Origin: Takakia lepidozioides
Lineage: Eukaryota > Plantae > Bryophyta
Length of the DNA stretch: 64,000 bases
Assembly: GCA_030704615.1 (NCBI GenBank)
Contig: CM060732.1
Location: 62,248,001 to 62,312,000 of the forward strand
Direction of reading: 5' to 3'
The translations under genes were made by a program, and so were the position numbers. The notes under the pieces are model-generated. The model did not search any database. It had not been told where the DNA came from and saw only the letters and a program-made list of their open reading frames with translations. Positions 11,433 through 24,979 of this stretch are shown piece after piece; position 1 is the first letter of the stretch, and each line of letters opens with the position of its first letter.

Positions 11433-13852
11433 ACCCTACAAGCAACGACGCTACCGCGTGAGCGTGAGCGTGCGCTCACGCTATGCTGACATGGTGCGAG
11501 CGTAGGGGACCAGAACTTATGTGGCGTGAGCGTCGGCTCACGTTGACGTAGCGTGAGCATGAGCGTGATGTGGCATGAGCGTGATGACATGGCAGTGAAC
11601 AACATGATGTGGCAGTCAACGTGCCTACGTGGCAGTCCACATGTCCACGTGGGATTCGGCCAACGTGGCGGACGCCATGCAACATAAACATGTAGCGCCT
11701 ATAGTCGAGGGACCTATTGCCGGGGCATTCATTCAGGGTAAATAGAATACAAAAACCCCGAAAATGGGAAACCGGAAACATGTCGATGCATGCTTATCCA
11801 TCCCATTTATTTTGCATTGATCACACTACTAAAATGGCACACATTCCTCAGTCGTGGAAATTGAATTGGACGAAAGTCAGCTTCTTCCTATGTGATTCTA
11901 TCCCGCTGCATAAGTGTATTCACCTCGTTGAAACTCATGGTGGCCTGGTGAATGAAGATGTCGCGTTTGGGATCACAAATCATTCTGTTCAAGAAGATAA
12001 AATAAAGATGCTTGCAGGGTATAAATTTGTCTCTCTTTCCCAAACTTGTTGAAAGCATGCCAAAAAATCAGGACAGGTGTAGTTGGGGAAATTTGAAACT
12101 GTGATGTCGTAGAATCTCTCATGGATAGCAGATGTAGAGGTCATCATAGTGTAGATCCGACCATACCCGGGATCTGCAACTTCCGCAATGCCTACAACAC
12201 GTCCTAGAAGCATTCGAGCGGATTCCACCTTGCCGAAGTGCTCGGCAGTTGGAGGGAAACGACGTACTACCTTCCCATTTCTTTTTGTTGGCCATGCATC
12301 TGGGTTGGCTGGTGGCACTCTAGAACTTCCTGAAGTGGAAGCACTTGCACGCACAGAGGCTTCTCGCTGAAGGGAGAACCCTGCCTCCTCCAACATTGCA
12401 ATCTCCTGACTTGTGAGATGTGTCCCCACCTTGACAGGCCAAACGCTCGGTGGAGGAGGCTTCATGACCACTGATGGTCGCACGGTCCCACGCACACACC
12501 TACCACAGTCGTCAGTGCAGAACCAAAATTTGTGTTTTTTTACCTCTGGCTGCCCGTAAGGCTGGAACAAACCGGTGAAGGTCGGTGCCGGAGTGCAGGC
12601 ACTGTCTCTGGATATGAAGGACTTGCACTTCTCACGATTGGTGGCTCTGATTGCGGAGCACTTCACTCGAGACCCAGCTCTGGTTCGTTCTATATGCCAC
12701 ACTTCGTCGGAGCAGGTGGAATCCACCACAGGCGAGAGCAAGTTGGACTCATTGACAGTGGGAGATGTTGGCGTACTTTGTGAGAAATGTTGCTCTGCAC
12801 TGGATATTCCAGAGACGAACCTCTCATGCAATGGAACACGCGGAATGGAGAAGTTGTCCTTGTCCGTCCTGTGCGAGTCTGCATCCGACCCAGGAGGGGT
12901 GTTCAATTTCTGTTTACAGGACCCGAATCTCTCCTCGCCCTCCAGATGGGGAACTCTGGACACCAGAGGAGTTCCCCTCGCACACATGCTGACAGCTCTG
13001 GCAATCTTATTTGGATCCCCCGATTTTTTTGCAGCTCGCAACATCAACTCAGACTTGTCAGGGCCTTTGCCATCAACGCCACCCCTCAAGAAATCACGAT
13101 ATCTTGTTTGTTGCTACAAAGCTCGGATGAGATCATATGCCGTCGCCAGATACAAATCTCGCCCCCGCTTTCCAGACTGCTGCAACCATGCATTGTGCAC
13201 TGTCTCCGCTAGATTGCAAGAGGGCATGTCCGCCATCTCCTCAATTGACAAGTGCTGCAGAAAAGGAAAACACACATCAAAACAAACAGGTACACCCCAC
13301 GACAGCAGACATGATTGGAAATGCATACAAAGCCAATGAGAATTCATGATATGAAATTCAGGTACCGTTGTCATGCATGCTCCCCATTGTCTGTACCGGA
13401 GGTGCCAAAATGCTAGCCAGTCTTCCAGCGCTCTCATACTGTCTTTTGATACAGCCCCAGATGAGAACCACCGGGCACGAATTGACTGGAACAAAGTATT
13501 CGCCTCCGCCATGCTTTTGGCATCTTTGTACTGTTTGCATAGCTTAAGATGAATCGGCCGCATGTCCGGTTTGATGTTTGCCTTGGTATGTTTCTCAAGG
13601 GACTGCGTCCAATAGAAAAGACGGGAAACTCTTGCTTGCTCCAAGCACAATTGCGGAGGTGGTGGCTGTTGGATTGCTCTCATACTCCTGTCTTATCAAC
13701 TTCGATACTATTTGAACACTCTCCCTGCAATCCCCCTTTGCCACAGGATGGTTGTGGAATCCGAAATGTACACAGGCTCTAGTCATGTTTTTCAAACGGT
13801 GAACAACATAGTACTTGCGTGCTGCACACACTGCCAAACAGGAAGGCGCTTG
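11433..13852 (-). mobile_element. Mutator-like element D, 3' part: internally deleted transposase with a C-terminal SWIM-like finger
   Basis: MTRACVHFGFHNHP (end of GCM-like domain), LFYWTQSLEKHTK, WLAFWHLRYRQWG, NLAETVHNAW (catalytic E), TCPDF..CKHLYF (SWIM-like). GTGAGC-rich end at 11455-11590. Truncated at 13853 by a CACTA end. Confidence 0.75.
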
Positions 13853-14290
13853 CACTAGTACAGATTAACGTTTTTATGACTATGGATATCACTGCATTTG
13901 CAGTGATAAGTGATGTGACTACCTCACTCTGCAGTGACAAACACGAAGTCAGTTATACCATGACTACGGAGTGATAAGTGCGAAGTCATGGTCATCACTG
14001 AGGACGTGGCATGGGATAGTGATGCAGGGTTTGGTGATGAAGTCATAACAAATATGACTACACGACTGAAAGTTATGACTGAGGTTACGACTAAATCACT
14101 ACAACATTGCGCCTACATGGAGAGGCCTCTGCGTGACACGTGGGATCCTTGGGCATTGACATATGTAATCATCAGTGGAGTAGTTATATCTTTATGACTA
14201 CACGACTATGGGTATGACTATATCACTACAACACTACAGATGGCACGTGGTCTCGTTGGAGTAGGTGTGACTGACACGTGTTGATCATGT
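13853..14290 (+). mobile_element. CACTA (En/Spm) terminal fragment
   Basis: Starts CACTAGTACAG exactly where the Mutator ORF breaks, followed by many short direct/inverted subterminal repeats (ATGACTA / GTCA, TCACT / AGTGA). Partner end not found. Confidence 0.6.
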
Positions 14291-15411
14291 AGATTTTACA
14301 ATTTATTAAATGTTATTTAATTTTAAATGACTAATTTAGATATTAAATTAAATTAAATTAATATGAAATTTAACTTTGTGGAGCTCTCATAAGCACAATA
14401 ATTGGCAAAGAGGAAAGGCCATCTATACCAAGACACAACCCCTATGCAGGGAAAGAGAGCATGCATTAATCTTTCAATGACCAACGAATCGACCCCCAAC
14501 CCCGTTGGCAGTTGCAAAGAGTGGCAAAGAAAGATTCTACCACCAACCCTGTTGCATAGACTGGCAGAAGCAACAACATGATACAATATGAAAGACACAA
14601 CTACAATCAAACATGTCATACATAGAAACACCACAAAACAACCTCAGAGGACATTGCACCTTCGAACGATATTGGATGTTAATACATCAGACAATGACAT
14701 GGTGTTTGAACCAGTCTGCCTATATATATTCCCAAAATATACTTCATTCTTCAAGCACGATGTTGCTAAGCACTACCGCAACAAGAAATTGACCATCTAC
14801 GCAGGTTTCTTGTAGCTATTCTTCCATAGGGAATCATAGGTAATCTAGAGCTTGAAATCCAACCTTCTTGGATGAATCTGGACCCATTACCGGCACATCC
14901 TTGACCATTTCCTCCCATCCCTCCCTAGAAGTGCCGCCCCCTCAACCTTCACCCGCACAACTTATCTCTACCTTTGGTCTCCCCATCTGTCAGTATCCAG
15001 CCCTTGCAGCAACGGCCTTCAAGCTCTCTACATTCTCCATTCAACTCCTTTTCTTCTCCCTGGTCGTGTTTATCTCCCCTATACCTGCCATATGTGACCA
15101 CCACTTTGAGTCCCACTGATCTGAAACCCGCCTATGCTCCTTCAGCTATCCATGCTTCTACACAAATCATGCATACATCCTTGCTTTGCTGCTAGCAGCT
15201 GTCAGTGACAGCCTAGATTTGTTCTAGGAAACACCCAACTCAACTTATCACACTAGTTCATATGCTCAATGGCATCTGCTACTCTCTGTAATCCAGTAGG
15301 CATTCACCTTTTTGCCTCGATTGTCCCACCATTGACTGGAGTCAGAAAGTATTCATTCCACAGCTTCTCCTCGTCTCTGTTACCTGTTTCTGGACACTTT
15401 CCTCTTGTCAC

Positions 15412-15435
15412 CACTACAGCAAATGGGGGTGGGGT

Positions 15436-15476
<41 letters not shown>

Positions 15477-15852
15477 TTGCGACGCCAGCCGCGCCCCCCA
15501 CGCCCTACGCGGCGCCGAGCGTGCGACGCCAACCCCACGGAGCGTGTTTGCGACGTCGCGCCATCGCAGCCAAACCCCGCGGGAGTGAAACCTGGCGCCA
15601 GGGCCAGGCGGCGACGCCTGGCCATCGCACGGAGTGATGAAGGGAAAATGGTAGCCCTTCCGTGTGACGCGCACGCGTCGCCCCCAGCGAAGGGCAGAAG
15701 GTAGCCCTTTCTGGCAACAGCCGGTCGTCGCACGCCCAAAAAAAAAGAAAAAAAAAGAAAAAACCATTTCTTACCTTTTCTTTCATTGCAGTCATTTCTT
15801 GCGATGCCCGGCAGTCGCATGGTAGCACGAAGGGCAAAAGGCCCCTGCGACA
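15412..15852 (+). mobile_element. Second CACTA terminal fragment (GC-rich, includes a poly-G run)
   Basis: Starts CACTACAGCAAAT where the triplicated module ends; subterminal GCGAC(G)/(G)TCGCA inverted repeats. Partner end not found. Confidence 0.6.
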
Positions 15853-16603
15853 GGGGTTGCAAATCCATGAGCATGAGCGGTGAGCGCATGAGCATGAGCA
15901 GAGTTTCCCGACCCTCACCCGAACCTACACCGAACCTACTCTAAGGTGGAGGTCGGCAACCAAAACTGTCAACTTAATGCATAGTGGTAACACTCCACGG
16001 AAATAGAAGGTGCAACGCCTATCACCGTGGGCTGCAGGTGAGTTGTCGTAGTCGCCACCGACTATAGCACCACCCTCAAAATTGGCAAGTCTGTACGGCG
16101 ATGTGAGGTGTTATGGTCGCCACCGACTATATCATCCCCAGTGAAAGCTGGACCCAAGCTGGACCTGTTGTGTCTATAATTACATAGTTGAAACTACTTG
16201 TTCTTGAAATGGACACTGTTGAAGCGTGACTATCTGTGAGGGAAGGAGTGTGCACATGGGCATAAGTTTAATATTTGGGCATTGCGGCTGGCATGTCATG
16301 GCAAGGGTCTTCATATCAATCAACAGAGTACTAACCTGTATCATTTGGATATTTGTGACCGGCAATTTATGACTTCGGCAGACTAGGCTCATCACTCTAG
16401 CAATTCCAAACCAGGGGAATGTGAAGGGTTGGAGGATGGCGAGGATGTAAAGATCATGCAATTAAGAAGACTGAACATCCACATTGGAGTAAATTTTTGC
16501 GCAACATTCAATTACACCCATATCACTGTACGATATTTTCCAAATGATTCAGCGCATCAGAGAAACCCGTTTGAGTTTAGGGTTTAGGGTAAAGCAAATG
16601 CAA

Positions 16604-19600
16604 CTACGTAACATTCGGACTACCAGGGTCCTCACCATACTCCGACGCTATGTCCTGCAACACCCCAGAAACTACTGTTGCGGGGGAGGGACCCGGTAGC
16701 AAGTCGAGGCCAAGTCTTAAATTGATCTTTGGGCTAGGAATCCTCTCCTCACCAACGACCTCGTCAACATACTCTTCATCGGAGCCTTCCTCGGTCGTTG
16801 GATCCTGGCTTTCCGATCCCTCTTCTACAGAATTATCAAAATAGTTCCGGACTGTAGAAAATTGAGTAGCAGCCCTCACCTGTGCTGGCCATTGTGCCTG
16901 CTGAGACATTCTTGTCCACGGTTGCTCAGCCTGAGCCTGCGCTTCTGCTGCCGCATAGGGAGGCAGGTCGTACCATTTCTCCGGAGTAGTTAGAGCTGCA
17001 ACCTGTTCAAGCACTTTCAACCTCTTCTCCCTACCAGCGTCCTCCCTCCCGGTATCCGTGGAAGACCCTGGAATCCCCATGATGGCCTTCGCGGGACGCT
17101 TTGCAATCTGCAAGGGCGGCTCGTAACTGCAATTACGACATAACATATTAGATCAAATTTTGCATGAATGATGATTTGAGGAAATGGGAACATTCAGAAC
17201 ATGCTAACAATGAAGACACTTACATAGAAGTTGGACTTACTCACTCCAACGATTGTACGTGAATCTGAATGCCATCCCTTTCGTCGTTCAACTAGTCAGT
17301 GTCGACAGCTGTCTTATCGACAACGGTGGCCGCAGGTGCCTGCCGCTGCAATCCCACTAGCCTCTCTCGCAGTAGCTCGTCGTCCCCTTCCAAGGCGAGC
17401 AGATGTCTTCCGCAAATTGTTGCAGCCACCATGGAGGACCCGCATCCCGCTGTCAGATCGACTATTGTTCCCTCTTCTGGTGAACACATCTCCATGAAGG
17501 TTTGCATGAACCTGGGGCTTTTCTCACGTGCCCCGCGGAAGAAGGTGCCATCTTGTCGTTTGTGGAGTCTATCCTCCTTGACCATGTTCCTCACCACATC
17601 CTCAGTGACGCTGTTGTGGTCGGTGTCAAGCTTTGCAGCTATCTCCCGCAAGTTGAAATTGGCGTCCATGCCCCTCAATAGACAAAATGCATAAAAAATC
17701 AAAGTCTGCCATTACAAATTTGAGGAAGAACCCCGTCAGATCGGTATTATGTAAGAGAAGACATACAACATTCTGTAAAGGTTATGTTTCAAGAAAATAA
17801 TGGAGTTTGTAGCTGCACAATTCTGAAATGAGTTGTGGTAGTCGTTACAGACTATAACGTCGAAACCACACAATTTTGGTTGATAGTCGGCACCGACAAT
17901 GATCCGAACAAATCCGACCAAATCGGTACCGACCAAATGCGATGATCCGGCACTTCAATGACTAAGTAACAAGACACAACATTCTAATAGTCGGTGCCGA
18001 CCATAAATATTAACGTGGGTGAACAGAGAAATAGTTGGTGCCGACTATGCAAAGAGAGTATGCGACCCTAGACATAGTCTGCACCGACTATATATCTATT
18101 GACAACCCATAACTAAAACAATAGATATTTGACGACTATTAAATACATTTATAAAATAATGTCGATGAAGATGTGGTACATGCAATGAAAAGTTGAAAGT
18201 GCTTATCAAACAATATAAGCAGTTTAGTCAGTTTGAACTTACTTGTGGCTGCCCTGGCTCTCCAGATTGAAGTGGTAGCCGATTGAGACAAGTCCACTTT
18301 CTCTTGATAACTTTGAAGGGCCCCGCTGGGCCCACACATCTCCGAATTTCCACCTCTGTCTTGGCATCACCCTTGCAGAAAATAACAAGGCAGCCGTCGT
18401 CCTTCAGTAGGGATGCTGCCAGTGCCAGTGCATGCGGGACGGTATCCTTTGACTTTGCATTCCAAGCGGGCACAATGTCATCTATGCCACATCCTCTGCT
18501 AGACTGCCCGTCTGGGAGATCCACCATTACAAGGTCTGCTCCCGCTTTAGGGACTGTGCCACCCCTACACAATGGCTCGGGGGAGCGGTGCCTCTCCAGA
18601 AACTCGTCGATATATCCCCTAGGCTCTGGCCACTTACTCGTTGTTCCTTTGGATGCAAGCCTGCGGATGACCAGCTGGAACCAATCGCACTTGAGGCATG
18701 CTACGTCTGTGTTTGGTACCCCTTCTTGCAAAGAGATAGCATCGTAAAGCAGCACGGTTGAGAACTGCATGCCCCGACCGTCACTTGTGCTTGCCCAAGC
18801 AGGGTTTCGAGAAGATCGATTCCTTCGCTCAATCTGGAAGTTGTGTAGGGCGTCTGTAAACGCCAGTTGCTTGTCTACCCTCTGAGCACCATCTGTCTCA
18901 TCCACACCCTCTACACTTTGATTGCCAACAGGCCTTGTGTTGGGGGGGGGTTGCCTGCCCTATGGTGGGTGTCTTCTTCGGTTTCTGTTTCTTTTTCCTT
19001 GGTTTCTTCTTGGCCACCGCTTCTTCCAGAGTTGTATTTGCTTGTTGCAGGTGTGCGGCAGCGACAACTGCAGCCTCCTCGACACCCTCTTCTGTCAATG
19101 GCTCCATGTGAGTTGGTACAGCCAGTTCGTTCTTGGTGTATTTCTTATACACTTCCAGTTCAACGTCAGGAATGATATCGGTGGGCAAATCTAGCCACCA
19201 GTAGCAGGGCAGATGCGTGATTTTAGCGTACTCGCCCAACTGCCTGCCGTTGTACATTGTGCAGTCTGATCGGAGGCTGGCCCATTGTGTGACACTGGCT
19301 GGAATACACCTGATATGCTTGTTGGCGAGCAAATAAAAGTTTATGTACCTGTTGCAGTGCACCAAAAGTCGACGTCAGGACAGACATTGGCCTGATAGTT
19401 ATGAGAAGTGTAGGATATGAAAACCGAACCTTTTTGTCTCTCACCACATGCAGTAGTCGGCAGCGACTATGACACGAAATAATTCGATGGCAGTGTCATA
19501 GTCGGTGACAACTACGACTCCGCACTGTGGGTTAGCCATCCACCCAGCTGGGCAATACCGGAATAAGGTGTACATTATACGGCATGGATTCGAAAGACCC

Positions 19601-22238
19601 ACCACATAGTCGTTGCCGACTATGGAATTGAGTTAGTTTTTAATTTGTGGGCTAAAGTCACGCCCTTCTTGGAATAGTTGGCAGCGACTATGATTTCCTA
19701 AAGGGCAAAACATGTGTCATAGTCGGTGGCGACTATGACCAGGCCAACTTTGGCTACGACAGGGCCAGCTTTCTAAAGTCGTTGCCGACTATACCCAACG
19801 GCTACCCTATATTGAATTGAGTTAGTTTTTTATTTGCGGCCAGTAGTCACGGCCCATTTGCAATAGTCGGCATTGACTATGAACCCCTAAGGGGCAAAAC
19901 CCGTCTCATAGTCGGTGGCGACTATGACTAGGCCAACTCTGGCTACGAGAGGGCCGGCTTACTATCGTCGTTGCCGTCTATACCCAACGGCTACCCTATA
20001 CCCAACGGCTATCCTATATAAAATTGAGTTTGTTTTTAATTTGCGGGCAGTAGTGATGGCCCACTGGCAAGAGTCGGCAGCGACTATGAAGCCCTAAGGG
20101 AAAAACCTCTGTCATAGTCGGTGGCGACTATGACCAGGCTTAATTGACAGGGCTGGCTTACTATAGTCGTTGCCGACTATACCCAAGGGCTATCCTATAC
20201 CCAACGACTACCCTATATAAAAATGAGTTTGTTTTTAATTTGCGGGCAGTAGTGACGGCCCACTTGCAATAGTCGGCAGTGACTATGAACCCCAAAGTGG
20301 CAAAACCTGTGTCATAGTCTGTGGCGACTATGACCAGGCCAATTTGGCTACAACAGGGCCGGCTTGGTATAGTGGTTGCCGACTATACCCAATGGCTACC
20401 CTTTACCCAATACCCAATACCCTACCCTATACCCAATGGTGCCTTTCTTTAGTCGTTGCCGACTATGAGTACAATGTCTAAGCCCAGTAGTGGGCGCCAT
20501 CCACAAGCTACAACCCTACTGCCGACTACCGGAATGTTTGCCGACTACAACAAGCCTACATATTCTTTTCGACCACTACTTCCCACACCCAATTTGCTGT
20601 ATGGCATATGCGAAGGGTGGGTGAATTGCATTGAGAATTATGTACCTGTACAGGAGCCTGCGAGCTGGTAAAGGTCCACCAGGTTGCTCAGTAATTGGCC
20701 AACTGCGGGCAGGCCCATCCTTCATCTCGCACCAGAATAGCTCCTTCCAAAACTTGAGGCGGAAATCGTCCACCCAAGACAGAGAGGGTCTTCAGAGTGG
20801 GAGCCTCTTCCTGGGTTGGCAGCTGCATGAACCCTTTCTCAACCAGCATGGCCAACTGCCGCTCTGCTTCCTCCTTTTGCTGCGAGTCCACCACGTCAAT
20901 TGTTAGACATGAGAAATTGCAACAATAACTGTAACATGAAGCTACCACCAGTATTTCCAACATCTTACCTGGAACCACCATGTCATTTTGTCGCACCACA
21001 AGCCAAACACCACATCTGTTGGAGCATGGGGGAATTTTCAATTTTTGCGGGTTGTCGAGTCAAAATTCCACAGCTTCAACCATAAAATCTTCTTCTTCGG
21101 GCTGACCTCGCTCGTGGCAAGCATCTACAACTTCTCCAGAGTCATTTCTAGCTTCTGATTGACGGCAAGAGACTTGTAATGTTGGTTATCTAAAAAAGAA
21201 AGCCAGTTCCCAGTGCAGGATCGCAGATGGAAGAATATTTTGCGATTTTGGTGTACCACTTCGTCCTGTGCACCTGGAAATCGCTTGCCAGTTTCTTCCG
21301 GATGAGGTCGGTGTTCTCAGCGGTGGCAGGCAGGCGGACATGGGCATCCAAGCAGGCATTTCTAATTCTACGGAATCCCTCCTGACCCATATACTCTATT
21401 AGGGCGTCCCGCGGCATTGTCATCCAGTTCCCATCCCGTTTGTTCAAGCACTTCTCGTAGACGTCCGCTGGAAGAGCTGATTGGTACTGCTCAACAGGTG
21501 TAGTTGCGCACTTCTGGAAGTAGAATAGCTTGTGCGGAAGCTCGTAGGACACATTTCCACGATTTGTCACGCTGCAAATATAACGGAACAAGACCGTCAT
21601 GTGACCATGGAAATTCGTGATAGAAAGTACTACCTACAAAACTCAGCAGGGATTCTCCATCTCACACTACACGTCTAATTAATGAATTGGTCCACGAAGC
21701 ACCCACTGGGATTGCTTATGCAAGACCTGCAACCCCATGCAAACGACATCCCCGAATTGCTAAACCCTATACCTATGCTCATGTGAGCAGAAGAGGAGAA
21801 AAAAACTCGCACATTCATACGATTCATTGCATGCCGTATGAGGCCCAGGTCGGAACTCTTCACATCCATAATCTTGGCGTTCACCCGGTAGTGCCAGCTC
21901 GCCTTGTCTGCGTGCTGCTCGCGTATGACCTCCATCCAAGCATACCACCTGTGATTCCTGTTGTAGATATGCAGCCATTTGTTGGAGAGAAACTCCCACT
22001 CCGTGTTCTTTATGTCTTTTTCAAATGCTGCATCCGCTGCTTGCCAATGTTCAGACCATGCATCCCGATCTCCTTGTTGGATTTCTTGGCTCTGTCCACT
22101 GTCGTCGTTGATGGAAAGTAGTAGTGATGCAAGTGCATCATTGTACCTATCCGCCTCATGGCGGTCCATGAGCTTGGGCTCCAAGTCATGAGCGGATACT
22201 GGTACTTATGAGCGGAGTGCTTCCAGCATGAGCGCGGA
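16604..22238 (-). pseudogene. Multi-exon ParB/Srx-like + beta-class DNA methyltransferase-like cargo gene (a few stops/frameshifts)
   Basis: Exons approx 22238-21811 (LHIYNRNHRWYAW, ParB/Srx-like), 21570-20970, 20900-20646, 19345-18243 (GADLVMVDLPDG..VPAWN..LLKDDGCLVIF), 17680-17239 (REKSPRFMQTFMEMCSPEEGTIVDLTAGCGSSMVAATICGRHLLALEGDDEL), 17130-16604. Confidence 0.7.
19600..20470. repeat. Intronic tandem array, ~190-205-bp units, three palindromes per unit
   Basis: CATAGTC(G/T)GTGGCGACTATGAC recurs at ~19718, 19907, 20113, 20313. Confidence 0.9.
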
Positions 22239-22933
22239 CCTGTTCGAAAATAGAAAGTGAAGCCGAAGAGTTGGGCACCGCAGAGGAGAATCCGCATGAC
22301 CGTATGCACTGCCGAACCCGTCCTACGCGGGCCGTAACGTATGCCTACAAAATTGAGGTAGTGCCACGCAGCCGGCTACACGCCGTAACCGGACTATGTG
22401 CCACGTGGCCCACGCCTAAATTCAAATAGCAATGACGGATGAAAAATTGAATCCCCCATCCATGGAAGCATGCCATCCGTTGTCATCCGATTTGGATATT
22501 AAATGTGCGTCGAATTAACTCCATCCAAACCTACGTCAGGAATGTGAGATGGCTGCCACATCCCCAAAATTGAGAAATAGCCTCCTGCCACTCCGCTAGA
22601 CACGTGCCTTGGAATCCATCCAAATAGTTTAGGATGAGAAATATAAGAGGAATGAATGGTAAAATTTATGTTGACTCGAACGCTGTCAATGTCAATATCC
22701 GCGAATGTCTTCTGGGTGCAATGGGTTTAGGGTTTGCATAACGTCATCTTAAATGGTATAATCAACATCTAATATCCGAACTCCATATGGGAACTTCATA
22801 TCCCCGAATCTTAATATCCGCTGCAGGCTCGTGGAAGTTTGTGGAGGAGCAGAAATTATGAGTCAAAGACCGCATATCCCGGATGTGAATGACTAAATCT
22901 ATTTGCAAATTAAAGAGTCTCAATCTTGAAATA

Positions 22934-23630
22934 TCACGGATTTTCACATATCTTTCCAAGCTGCGATTTGGAGTCTAGGTGCAGAAGCTTCAGCACATCC
23001 AGTATAGATTCAGTGGGCTGTGCGAATTTAACGTTGTTGCCCATGAACTCACCTCGCCACAATTTATGTGGAGGTGAAGCAGATTTTCCCGAAGCGCTGT
23101 CCCGCCTTCCACTACTGGATCTAATAACAACACATTCATCGTTGTCGCCACTAGAGAGCTCAATGCTCTCAGTTTTCACCAAATTAGCACCACGGACGGA
23201 AGCCAGAGTAGGATGCTCACGAGTGGTCGACAGCCTGTCTGTCGTAGCTCGGACACCAAATACTTTGTATACGACCTCCCCTGTAAATGGCAGAACCCAT
23301 GACTTGTTCTCGGCGTCTCGAACTGGATCCAAGATGCGGGTTTCGGTGACGCCCCTTTCACTGACGTCCTCCACCTCAACAACAAGAGAGAGAGGGTCCA
23401 GATTAAACCTTCCAAGTATTACTTTGTCAAGCAGGAACACCTGGTCTCCCTGTGCCTTCACCTTCCAAGTCGGAGGACGGTGGACATTGCAACCTCACGA
23501 ACCGTTCCATGTTCGGCTGCTTCAAGCCTGTGTCGCTGTCCGGGACTCCGACGTGCAAACTGGAGTACTCTGCCGAATCTACCCAGCGTGTAAGCACTAT
23601 GGTAGATGAGGAGCACATGACCTGTTGCAA
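22934..23630 (-). other. Frameshifted ORF of unknown function inside element A
   Basis: Overlapping ORFs 23427-23630 and 22934-23461 with protein-like composition; no motif recognised with confidence. Confidence 0.35.
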
Positions 23631-24979
23631 GCATGCAATGCAGTTTACGATTTCCTAACGAACTGTACGTCAACAACGGTAAAAAATAAATGCAAAAGGA
23701 ATATTTAATGGATTTTAGTCGGATGAAAATCGTCTGCGCAACAATTGGTGGCGGCACGTTCAGCTGGCAACGGCCATTTCGAAACAACCATTAACCTCCT
23801 CTTTATCTGAATTTGTTCTACGCCACAGGGGGATGCCTTATTGTCGTTGCTGACCACGCCTATTTGAAAGGCATGAACATTGTGAAATAGTTAGTGGGAC
23901 AGATTTTCTTCCGTAGTCGGTACCGACTTCATACAGTTCAAATTAATTCCGGTGACAAATCTGGCAGATTTACATTGAATTCGAAGACGAATCGGAGTAG
24001 TCGTTGGCGACTATACCAGTTTTTGTTGAAGTCGGCCAACAAATCTGCCAAGCTCGCTAAAGATATTCATTTCATGTGGCAGACTTGGCAAATTGGTTTG
24101 CGAACAGAATAGTCTGCAGTGACTATTGCTTAAATCGACAAGCGCTTTCCATTAATGCACTGTAGTCGCTGGCGACTTCCTTACGAACTCATAAATTTGC
24201 CTTCCAATTGATTTTTTGGCTTAAATGTGCTTGTAGTCAAGACCGACCTTCAGATACTCGGATGAAATTAAAACCATTTCCCGCATTGTGAGGGTGTAGT
24301 CGGCAGATGTTGTGGCGGATTGTGCCGCATCGAGGCAGTCAATGTAATCCAAGTCGGCACCGACCTTATGGAATTATTTAAATTCGTGGAAAATTACAGA
24401 GTTAAAGATAGTGAATACATCCACTACAAAGGCATTATAGTGTATGGTCGGCGCCGACCACTTCTTGCGGATGGCATTTCCCGAGTCTATGGTTGCCAAT
24501 TCAGCTCTTTAAGGATAGGCATAGGCATCCATTACACTGCAAGGGCAAGCAAGCAAATCAACCTATGCAAGACAGATGGACAAATCTTGTAAACCACAAA
24601 ACCATCATGCCATACACACGGGAGAAATAATCCTCTGTTGGAAAAAATTCAATCACCCTGGAGGTGTAGCAAGAGCATGAACACTCAACCCGTGATGCTG
24701 GCATACTCACTGTTTATTAGAAGTCTGCGATTCCTAAAGAAGATTCCACTTCATCAACTCTACAATGCACATTTCATGCCCTCAGTTCACTAGCCTGGTT
24801 TTAAAGCCACACACAATGTTCCCACATCACCACCCACAAGAGCATGCCCTGCCATCTAGACCACTCCGCATGTCCCACCCAACCAGCTACAACGGAGAGA
24901 CAAAGCTCTCAAGTTCCCCAACCCGACCCTGATCCAAAACCCCTCCCCACAGTCCCTCCATTCCCATACCACAAACCAT

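Noticed and set aside
15436-15474. Long poly-G run (another at ~42770-42806) and the poly-Pro/Gly ORFs over it
   Set aside because: Homopolymer of unreliable length; the ORFs are by-products.
16575-16590. TTTAGGG repeats (also ~22725, ~54835)
   Set aside because: Only about two units each; too short for an interstitial telomere.
16604-22238. Bacterial or phage contamination as the source of the ParB/MTase motifs
   Set aside because: The gene has spliceosomal introns and is interleaved with plant TEs.
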